Source: an uncultured Chloroflexia bacterium (GTDB lineage Bacteria; Chloroflexota; Limnocylindria; Limnocylindrales; CSP1-4). Taken from it: 64,000 nt of DNA. The notes under the pieces were generated by a model, which saw nothing but the letters and a program-made list of their open reading frames with translations, ran no database searches and was not told the origin of the DNA. The translations under genes were made by a program, and so were the position numbers. The stretch lies in the NCBI GenBank assembly GCA_963828165.1, contig CAWHDR010000001.1, forward strand, positions 928,001 through 992,000, given 5' to 3'. Positions within the stretch are counted from its first letter, which is position 1. Each line of letters starts with the position of its first letter. Positions 38,958 through 45,563 of this stretch are shown here, one piece after another.

Positions 38958-39660
38958 CCGGGGGCTTGAAACCGTAGCGTGCCTGCTCGTCCGCGATCGT
39001 GTAGCTGAGATCGGGCCGGAAATCCCGAGTTGTAATCAGCAATCCCTCTAATCCATAGAAGCTCTCGTCGAATGGGCGCAGGCCGATCGCCCGGCAGTAT
39101 CGATCGACCAGTGCCGGCGTCAGTCGGTCCGCCACGCGGCGGGCCCCGTAGGAACGGAGGTCCTCGTAGGGCTGCGGACGCCCGGTCGCGACGAAGACCA
39201 AACGGCCACCATCATCACGTCCCACATGAACGGTGCGTTCATGGTTGAGAAAATCAGTTGGGTGGTCGGCGATGAGCTGGAAGCGAAGGGTCTCATGGCT
39301 CGGTACCGGCCACCACACGATGTAGACGGCGCGGCATCTCATCATCTCCGCGATCACACCGACCGGAGCTTCGTCAGCACCGGTGTGCTGGTTGCTGAAG
39401 TAGGCCGTCCAATCGGACCGCGTGCCAAGGAGTAGCTCGCGATTGCCTAGGCTCATCGGTTCCAGGGCAGATAGGACCTCGCGAAGCGGCCCAACCACGC
39501 CCAGCTCGACCGGCTGCAGATCGAGTCCTCGACGCCATGCGGCCAGGACTTCGGCAACTTCGCCGATCGCGGCGTCGAAGAACGCGTAGGCGCCCGTGAT
39601 GGGCCACAGCTCCGCTCCGAGAAGCGGTTTTGGCTCGGGCGCCGCGGGTTCGTCGTGCAT
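38950..39660 (-). CDS. Cassette ORF 4, hypothetical
   Basis: 236 aa; WTAYFSN...GRPQPYE...RRVADRLT...FDESFY; TACGCT 7 nt before ATG. Confidence 0.7.
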   Translation of the reverse strand: MHDEPAAPEPKPLLGAELWPITGAYAFFDAAIGEVAEVLAAWRRGLDLQPVELGVVGPLREVLSALEPMSLGNRELLLGTRSDWTAYFSNQHTGADEAPVGVIAEMMRCRAVYIVWWPVPSHETLRFQLIADHPTDFLNHERTVHVGRDDGGRLVFVATGRPQPYEDLRSYGARRVADRLTPALVDRYCRAIGLRPFDESFYGLEGLLITTRDFRPDLSYTIADEQARYGFKPPVE

Positions 39661-39697
39661 GCGAACAAGCGTATCGGGCGGGACCAGGCCGCTCGGC

Positions 39698-39725
39698 TCA
39701 GTCTGTGTCCGCCAATGTCACCCGG
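39698..39725 (+). repeat. Array site R5
   Basis: TCAGTCTGTGT-CCGCCA-ATGTCACCCGG; contains the stop of ORF 5. Confidence 0.88.
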
Positions 39726-40053
39726 TCGACTGCCGAGATTGGCGGGCGGCGCGATCCGCTGCGTAGCGCCTCGCCACGGCCTTCAGCTCGTCAATCGAGG
39801 CATCGCTTCGAGCACTCCACGCGTCCCATTCGCCGTGGGGGTAGCTCAGCAATTGGAAGAGCGCGGCCTGGACGACGTGGTATGTCTGGTCGGTCCCAAT
39901 CCCCTCCGGCCACACATCGAGGACCGCCCGAACCGTGTCTCGCTCGTAACCGAAGAGGGTCGGGAATTCCCAGTCGGGATAGAGCGGGCCATCGACCGTG
40001 GCAAGAAGGACGCTATGGATGACATCGCGATCGCGTTCCGTCAACGCCGCCAT
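39718..40053 (-). CDS. Cassette ORF 5, hypothetical
   Basis: 111 aa; YPDWEFPTLFG...LLSYPHG; TACACT 6 nt before ATG. Confidence 0.7.
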   Translation of the reverse strand: MAALTERDRDVIHSVLLATVDGPLYPDWEFPTLFGYERDTVRAVLDVWPEGIGTDQTYHVVQAALFQLLSYPHGEWDAWSARSDASIDELKAVARRYAADRAARQSRQSTG

Positions 40054-40077
40054 TGCCGGAGTGTAGGCATCGCGAGG

Positions 40078-40105
40078 TCTCACAGTGTTTGGGAATGTCA
40101 CCCGA
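40078..40105 (+). repeat. Array site R6
   Basis: TCTCACAGTGT-TTGGGA-ATGTCACCCGA. Confidence 0.85.
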
Positions 40106-40139
40106 AAGCGGGGGCACTCCGACCTGTCATGCTCCACGT

Positions 40140-40439
40140 GTGTCCACGGAGTCGGCCGAGAAGACCGAGCAGTTTGAGTACGAGGTCGCGGAGGCTCTTG
40201 CGCTCCCGCAGCACGGCATCGGCGCGATTGGCTGGATCCGTGTCGGGACAGTTCGAATTGGCGACCAAGTAGCCGTCGACGATGACGCAGCTGAGCCATA
40301 CACGGTTCGCGGAGTAGGAATTCTCGACGGGCTGGGACCGAAAGCGGGTAGCGCCAACATCGAGCTTCTCCTCGACGACTACGGCACGAAACGATTGGCG
40401 CCAGGCGTTCCAATTCGCAGGTGGAGAGACTTCACCTAG
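40140..40439 (+). CDS. Cassette ORF 6, small beta-barrel (EF-Tu domain II-like, inferred)
   Basis: 99 aa FEYEVAEAL...GIGAIGWIRVGTVRIGDQV...; CATGCT 6 nt before GTG. Confidence 0.55.
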   Translation: MSTESAEKTEQFEYEVAEALALPQHGIGAIGWIRVGTVRIGDQVAVDDDAAEPYTVRGVGILDGLGPKAGSANIELLLDDYGTKRLAPGVPIRRWRDFT

Positions 40440-40455
40440 GGCGAGGGCAACCGCA

Positions 40456-40483
40456 CCGTTACGTATCCGCCAATGTCACTCGA
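40456..40483 (+). repeat. Array site R7
   Basis: CCGTTACGTAT-CCGCCA-ATGTCACTCGA; contains the stop of ORF 7. Confidence 0.85.
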
Positions 40484-41087
40484 GCGTGAGCTTTCCGTGT
40501 GCTCCCGTCAGGGAGATCGACCACGCCCCGGATGAACCCGTCACGGCGATCGGTAGGTCGTGGTCGCCGAGCCAGTCGGCGAGACGTTCTTGGTCTGCCG
40601 CCACCGACAGAAGCGTCAGACTGACCGAACCATCCCGATGGCGAACGGCGGCGGCTCCCGGCACCTGCATGCCGTCTCCCCATTGGATGAAGAACGGAAG
40701 CCCGGGCTCGCGCACGGCGATTTCGACACCTACGCTGCGCCAGGCGATGAGGGCACCCCGGGGATCGACTCGCGAACCAGGAAGGACGGGCTGGCCGAGC
40801 CTTCGCCCGACAGCGTCGATCGAATCCGTTCGAACAGCCCAGCCGAGCGGGCTTCCCGGAAGCGCGGAGGCGACCCATCGCCCGAAGGCGCTCCGACTCG
40901 CCGCCTCGCGGTCGGCCACCGCGACGAGCTCGAGATAGGACTCGCCGAGCGGGACGATCCAATTGGCCGTACCCCACGCTGGATGCCGCCCACCCTCAAC
41001 GGAGACAAGCCCGTACCGAGCCTTCAGCCTGGCCACCTCGGCCGCGAGGTCACGGACGGGCAGGATCACGTGATCGATCGCTAGCAC
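40476..41087 (-). CDS. Cassette ORF 7, VOC/Glyoxalase_3 family
   Basis: IDHVILPVRDL, GGRHPAWGTAN, YLELV, LPFFIQW. Confidence 0.85.
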   Translation of the reverse strand: MLAIDHVILPVRDLAAEVARLKARYGLVSVEGGRHPAWGTANWIVPLGESYLELVAVADREAASRSAFGRWVASALPGSPLGWAVRTDSIDAVGRRLGQPVLPGSRVDPRGALIAWRSVGVEIAVREPGLPFFIQWGDGMQVPGAAAVRHRDGSVSLTLLSVAADQERLADWLGDHDLPIAVTGSSGAWSISLTGAHGKLTLE

Positions 41088-41114
41088 AGCTCACTCAAGG
41101 TGGTACCCGCTGGG

Positions 41115-41173
41115 CTCACAGGTGTCCGGGAAGGTTTCTCAGATCGGCCACGTATGGGGGCTATGTCACCTGT
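41115..41173 (+). repeat. Degenerate array sites R8a/R8b
   Basis: GTGT-CCGGGA-AGGTTTC (41122-41138) and GTAT-GGGGGCT-ATGTCACCTGT (41152-41173); the latter contains the stop of ORF 8. Confidence 0.6.
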
Positions 41174-41567
41174 CAGGTTCGGCCGCGTCGAACGGTGGCA
41201 GGGCGTGCTGCCCGAACGATTCCTGCCACCCAACATAGGCGACCGACAACCCGTCACTTACGTCGGTCAGGTCCGTCGTGGCACCGGTCAACTCGTTGGT
41301 GCCGACCACTTTGATCCAAGGCAATCGCTCGATAGCCCACATCGTATTGCTCACCGCCTCGTTCGTCACGGCGACGACGAGCTCTCGCACGAACTGCTGC
41401 CCTTCGGGCGAAAGGGCCTGAAAGGCAACCCCGACATCCCGTGCGCCAGGAAACCGCATCCGCCCCTCGAACGTGGCGAACCAGTTACTGATCGTGTAGT
41501 CGAACCCGGTCTCGACGATCTCCCGACCGAGGGCAGCGAGCGCGTCCATTTCGTCATCGATGGTCAC
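41166..41567 (-). CDS. Cassette ORF 8, hypothetical
   Basis: 133 aa; DLTDVSDGLSVAYVGWQESF; CATACT 6 nt before GTG. Confidence 0.65.
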   Translation of the reverse strand: MTIDDEMDALAALGREIVETGFDYTISNWFATFEGRMRFPGARDVGVAFQALSPEGQQFVRELVVAVTNEAVSNTMWAIERLPWIKVVGTNELTGATTDLTDVSDGLSVAYVGWQESFGQHALPPFDAAEPDR

Positions 41568-41590
41568 GGTGAGAGTATGCGGCCGGGACC

Positions 41591-41640
41591 CATGGGATCG
41601 GGTCGAAGCGAGGGAGCCCTTGCGACTGTCCACAAGCGTC
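41591..41640 (+). repeat. 50-bp exact direct repeat (second copy at 41917-41966)
   Basis: CATGGGATCGGGTCGAAGCGAGGGAGCCCTTGCGACTGTCCACAAGCGTC; both copies end at the TC of a site's left arm. Confidence 0.95.
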
Positions 41641-41913
41641 TCACAGTGTTCGGGAATGTCACCCGAAAGCGGGGGCACTCCGACCTGTCGGGCTCCACGT
41701 GTGTCCACGGAGTCGGCCGAGAAGACCGAGCAGTTTGAGTACGAGGTCGCGGAGGTTCTTGCGCTCCCGCAGCACGGCATCGGCGCGATTGGCTGGATCC
41801 GTGTCGGGACAGTTCGAATTGGCGACCAAGTAGCCGTCGGCGATGACGCAGCTGAGCCATCCACGGTTCGCGGAGTAGGAATTCTCGACGGGCTGGGACC
41901 GAAGGCGGGTAGC
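41638..41913 (+). pseudogene. Truncated duplicate of site R6 plus cassette ORF 6 (includes site R9, 41639-41666)
   Basis: 276 bp matching 40077-40352 with 7 substitutions; R9 = TCTCACAGTGT-TCGGGA-ATGTCACCCGA. Confidence 0.9.
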
Positions 41914-41964
41914 CCGCATGGGATCGGGTCGAAGCGAGGGAGCCCTTGCGACTGTCCACAAGCG

Positions 41965-41992
41965 TCGCTTGGTGTCCGCCAATGTCACCCGA
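41965..41992 (+). repeat. Array site R10
   Basis: TCGCTTGGTGT-CCGCCA-ATGTCACCCGA. Confidence 0.88.
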
Positions 41993-42036
41993 AGCAAAGA
42001 GCGTTGGTAGCGGCCGGCAGGGGCGCCAGTCCGTCC

Positions 42037-42459
42037 CTAGACGGCCTCAAACATGTGTGCTAGGGACGTAGCGATCAAGGACAGCGAGCCGGGGTCCACG
42101 ATTACCTGTGCCGTCACCTTCCAGGCCGGTTCGTGCCATTCGTGGACAGGATCGACGCCCAGCACCACCTGGATGGCGACGTGTCCGATGCGGTCGTGCC
42201 AACATGTCAACTGGAAGTTGCCGTCGCCGTAGGAGTCCCAGCCTCGTGGGCCTTCCCAGCCTTTCCAATCCCGGGCGAGGCCCTGGAAAAAGTCCACCAG
42301 CTCACCGCCCTGGATGTAGTGACCGGGAAACACCGGTTCTGACGCTGTGATTCCGGGGAGGTCGAGAGAAACGACGAACGACTGCCCAACCGGGTCGTCG
42401 GTTTGGAAGGTCAGCGTGGCTCCCGGCTGGCCGATGGTCACCGAGGGCGTGGGTTCCAT
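42037..42459 (-). CDS. Cassette ORF 10, DUF6228-like hypothetical protein
   Basis: LVDFFQGLARDWKGWEGPRGWDS...HDRIGHV...W; TACAGT 6 nt before ATG. Confidence 0.7.
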   Translation of the reverse strand: MEPTPSVTIGQPGATLTFQTDDPVGQSFVVSLDLPGITASEPVFPGHYIQGGELVDFFQGLARDWKGWEGPRGWDSYGDGNFQLTCWHDRIGHVAIQVVLGVDPVHEWHEPAWKVTAQVIVDPGSLSLIATSLAHMFEAV

Positions 42460-42590
42460 CCGACGACTGTAGCAACCACAGGCCGCATTTGGCAGGCCGG
42501 GCAGCACTCGAGCTGCATGTCCGCAAGGCTCAGGTCGGGCTGCGGACGATCTGAATGACCGCTGGACTCGGCAGTGACGCCGCGTGATCC

Positions 42591-42618
42591 TCCCAAAGTG
42601 TCCGGGAATGTCACCTGA
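42591..42618 (+). repeat. Array site R11
   Basis: TCCCAAAGTGT-CCGGGA-ATGTCACCTGA. Confidence 0.85.
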
Positions 42619-42771
42619 CGAAGTGGAGAGGTGGTGTGTACGCGTGCCCGCTCGCACCAGACATCGCGGTTCGGTCGTTCCATGTGCGGGCTGTTCGAGT
42701 CATGCTCAACGGCAACGCTCCGAGATTGGAGGACCGGGATGCTCCCGCCGGCGAGAAGACCGTCTGACAGG

Positions 42772-43182
42772 ATGCCTCGGCAGGCCGCGCAGGGTGGCAG
42801 GTCGCCGTGGCTGCTGGCTGTGCTCGTGTTCCTCTCCGTCAGCCTGGTGACCCTCGGCCCGACGAGCTGGCCTCATGTGGTCGACGCGGATTGTCCGGCG
42901 CCAGAGTTCATGCTCGATTCCGACGGCGATTGCATGGCCCGAGGCACGCTCATCGTCATGACCGGCGCGCCTTCCGACGGCAAAACTCGCGCGGACCTCG
43001 AACGCGCCATTGAACCGCTCGGCGGACGGATCGAGACGGACGTCGACGCTCTGAGGATCTACGGAGTTCTGTTTCCGTCAGCGGACACCCTTGCAGAGCT
43101 CGACGAACTGGAGGCCGCCCTCGAAGCGCTCGGATTCTGGGTCAGCCGCTCATACACCGGGGAACTGTTCGCCACGACCTGA
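42772..43182 (+). CDS. Cassette ORF 11, secreted/membrane-anchored hypothetical protein (start uncertain)
   Basis: WLLAVLVFLSVSLVTL followed by a small alpha/beta domain. Confidence 0.55.
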   Translation: MPRQAAQGGRSPWLLAVLVFLSVSLVTLGPTSWPHVVDADCPAPEFMLDSDGDCMARGTLIVMTGAPSDGKTRADLERAIEPLGGRIETDVDALRIYGVLFPSADTLAELDELEAALEALGFWVSRSYTGELFATT

Positions 43183-43290
43183 GCCACGCCCCTGCCGGCG
43201 TGCGGAATCCGCGCCGCGGCGCGCCCGGCTGGTCCGATCGGAGCCCGAGTCATCGGTGGTCGTCACCTTCGGGTGTAGAGCACGCAAGCG

Positions 43291-43318
43291 TCAGTCACTG
43301 TGCGTCGATGTCACCAGG
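43291..43318 (+). repeat. Degenerate array site R12
   Basis: TCAGTCACTGT-GCGTCG-ATGTCACCAGG; ORF 12 stops in its left arm. Confidence 0.7.
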
Positions 43319-43732
43319 GCCATCCCAGGCCGCCATGACCTGTTCTTGATCCGTCTTGCTTTCGCCGAGGTGCGTGACGCCTCCGGCAGTCACCTCGTGG
43401 CGGGAGCTCAGGTCCGACCACGGCTCGGCGTAGGCGAATCCCTCGAGTACATCCAGAACACCGTCCTGAACGAACAGCACGAACCCGGCCCCATGCTCCA
43501 AGCCTTCGATGGTTGCGGTGACGTCCCCAAGGTCCATCCTCCCGGGCTTCACGGGGGCGGGCGCAGCATCCGTCGCGACATCGAGCTCCGTGATGAAGCC
43601 CACGCCTGTCATCTGGCGCGACGCCACCTGGCAACGCTCGACTTGGCGGCGAAGCGCATTCATGACGGGGTGGTCCGGCGCGAGGATGGCCGCGATCACG
43701 TCCCGCTCCAACAAGCTCAGCGCGTCGGCCAT
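43295..43732 (-). CDS. Cassette ORF 12, hypothetical
   Basis: RQMTGVGFITEL...GLEHGAGFVLFVQDGVLDVLEGFAYAEPW; TAACGT 7 nt before ATG. Confidence 0.72.
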   Translation of the reverse strand: MADALSLLERDVIAAILAPDHPVMNALRRQVERCQVASRQMTGVGFITELDVATDAAPAPVKPGRMDLGDVTATIEGLEHGAGFVLFVQDGVLDVLEGFAYAEPWSDLSSRHEVTAGGVTHLGESKTDQEQVMAAWDGPGDIDAQ

Positions 43733-43758
43733 GCCGGGCACGTTACAACGCGGTTGTG

Positions 43759-43786
43759 TCCCTCAGTGTCCGCCAATGTCACCCGG
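43759..43786 (+). repeat. Array site R13
   Basis: TCCCTCAGTGT-CCGCCA-ATGTCACCCGG; ORF 13 stops in its left arm. Confidence 0.88.
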
Positions 43787-44317
43787 TCCGGCCACGATAC
43801 GGAAAACCATCCATTGGTCGTGGAAACCCGCGCAGAGCGGGACATCCGGGCTCCACTTGGCTGATGCGCGACCGAAGGCGGCGATGGTACGGGCTAGCAG
43901 GTGGAGATTGCGCGCCTCGTCCGCAGCGTTACCGCGCCACGTGGTTGCTAACAGGGCAGCAAGTTCAGGCACAGCAGGCCCAGAACGGACCTGTGACGGA
44001 TCGAAGTCCGATGCCCAACTGTCGTCACCAACGGACTCAGACTCATAAGAGAGACACTCGAAGAACGCACTACTCCATCCGTTATCGACGTCAAACTCCC
44101 AATAGACCGCGGCCGTGGTCTTGTCCAGTCGGTTGCCCAAGGCGTCGATGCTGTCCGCAAGGGCAGAGGTATACGAACTGAGATCGACCGAGGACACGGC
44201 CGCGGCCGCCTCAGGATCAAGGCGACGGCAGTCTTCGGCGAATGTGTACTCGAGACCATCCCAATCGCGGCTGGCGATCCAGGCTCTCATCGCTTCCACG
44301 CCCGCATCGATATCCAC
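43763..44317 (-). CDS. Cassette ORF 13, hypothetical acidic protein
   Basis: AVYWEFDVDNGWSSAFFEC...DDSWASD...CAGFHDQ; TACCCT 6 nt before GTG. Confidence 0.7.
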   Translation of the reverse strand: MDIDAGVEAMRAWIASRDWDGLEYTFAEDCRRLDPEAAAAVSSVDLSSYTSALADSIDALGNRLDKTTAAVYWEFDVDNGWSSAFFECLSYESESVGDDSWASDFDPSQVRSGPAVPELAALLATTWRGNAADEARNLHLLARTIAAFGRASAKWSPDVPLCAGFHDQWMVFRIVAGPGDIGGH

Positions 44318-44342
44318 GCTCGGAGGGTACGGCACCGCCGGG

Positions 44343-44681
44343 TCACATGGCGTGATCTCCCCCGAGGTCTTCCGCCTCTTCCAGTACCAGCAACGTCGAC
44401 AGACCTGGTGCGATCTCGCGCAGGTTTCGGCCCGCGGCGCGCATCGCGTCCGAAGCGAGACCCGCGTCCATCGCCGCGCGATCGTCGAATTCCATCGCCG
44501 TGACCAACACAAGGTCGGTCTCGCCTCCCAGGGCCTCGGAAACGCGCTGCACCTTGGTCGAGCGCAAGCCCGGCGTCTCGGCAACGAGAGGCAGATGTTC
44601 CGTCGCGTAGCGACGCTCGAACTCGGCGAGCGCGTCGGGGCCGCCCTCAGGGCGGCGATACAGGGCGAGTAGCGTGGTCAT
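44343..44681 (-). CDS. EthD family reductase
   Basis: LLALYRRP...FERRYATEHLPLVAETPGL...MEFDDRAAM. Confidence 0.85.
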   Translation of the reverse strand: MTTLLALYRRPEGGPDALAEFERRYATEHLPLVAETPGLRSTKVQRVSEALGGETDLVLVTAMEFDDRAAMDAGLASDAMRAAGRNLREIAPGLSTLLVLEEAEDLGGDHAM

Positions 44682-45493
44682 GCGGTCACCTCCTCAGTGG
44701 TCGTCGCGGTCGTTCCGGCGCGCTGGCGCGCGATCGCCTCGGTCGATCGATAGAACTCGCCGAGCGCTTCGGTGGCGATCACCGGTCGTTCCGAGAACGC
44801 CTCGTGGCCGGCCTCGGGCAGGACGAGCAGGCGCCCGTCCAGGACGGAGCGCGACAGCCGCCAGGCATCGTCGACCGGGACGAACGGGTCGCGGTCACCG
44901 GCCGCCACGAGCGTCGGCGGATCGATCGTCCGGATCTCGCGCGGCGTCAGCAACGATTGGGTCGCCACGTCGCGCGCGATAGCCGGGAGCAGCACCCGCC
45001 AGGCACCCGCACCCTGCTCGGGATCGTGCCGGCGCGCGAGGTCGGCCGCCCACGTGGGATCGTCACGGTCGATCCGGATCGGGTCCATCAGCCGTCGGGC
45101 GACGCTGGCGCGCGGTTCTCGGTCGGTCGTGATGCCGACGACGACGAGGGTCCTCAATCGGTCGGGCGCCCGGACGGCGACGCGCAGCGCGGTCATCGCC
45201 CCAAGCGAGAACCCGAGCAGGTGGAACGTCTCCAGCCCCAGGGCGTCGGCGAACGCCAGCAGGTCGTCTGCGAGCCAGTCGGCCGAGAATCCACCGGTCG
45301 CCGTGTCCCAGCGCGTCCGTCCATGACCGCGGGCGTCCGGCGTGTAGCAGCGAAAGGCCTCCGTGAGCGTCGGCAGCTGGCCGCGAAAGTCTCGGGCGGC
45401 GTCGGATGTCGCGCCGTGCAGGAGGATCAGCGGCGGGCCGGCGCCGGCGACGTCGTACCCGACGGTCAGGCCGTTGGCGTCGATGGTGGGCAT
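44678..45493 (-). CDS. Alpha/beta hydrolase
   Basis: LILLHG, PDARGHG, GFSLG nucleophile elbow, GDRD, AGH. Confidence 0.88.
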   Translation of the reverse strand: MPTIDANGLTVGYDVAGAGPPLILLHGATSDAARDFRGQLPTLTEAFRCYTPDARGHGRTRWDTATGGFSADWLADDLLAFADALGLETFHLLGFSLGAMTALRVAVRAPDRLRTLVVVGITTDREPRASVARRLMDPIRIDRDDPTWAADLARRHDPEQGAGAWRVLLPAIARDVATQSLLTPREIRTIDPPTLVAAGDRDPFVPVDDAWRLSRSVLDGRLLVLPEAGHEAFSERPVIATEALGEFYRSTEAIARQRAGTTATTTEEVTA

Positions 45494-45563
45494 CACGGGC
45501 GATGCTACGACGTCCGCCCGGCGACGACCCACCGAGCCAGAGCCCGGACCTACAATCGGGTCC

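Larger units (their letters stand above)
37242..44330. mobile_element. Putative gene-cassette array delimited by 13 directly repeated 28-bp recombination-like sites
   Basis: Sites start at 37242, 37774, 38430, 38930, 39698, 40078, 40456, ~41146, 41639, 41965, 42591, 43291, 43759; one ORF per unit; inserted between a GT4 gene and an EthD gene. Confidence 0.75.

Noticed and set aside
37242-43786. CRISPR array interpretation of the repeats
   Set aside because: Intervals are 326-768 bp and each holds an ORF; repeats are degenerate; no cas genes in the window
37242-43786. Classical integron attC/CALIN interpretation
   Set aside because: No RYYYAAC...GTTRRRY ends and no long bottom-strand hairpins seen at the boundaries; no intI
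37242-43786. TGTCAC as an ECF41-type -35 promoter element
   Set aside because: Most sites face the 3' ends of opposite-strand genes and contain their stops; no conserved -10 follows
44330-44346. Possible closing site CACCGCCGGGTCAC at the EthD stop
   Set aside because: Too divergent and wrongly spaced to count as a site, though it may mark the junction
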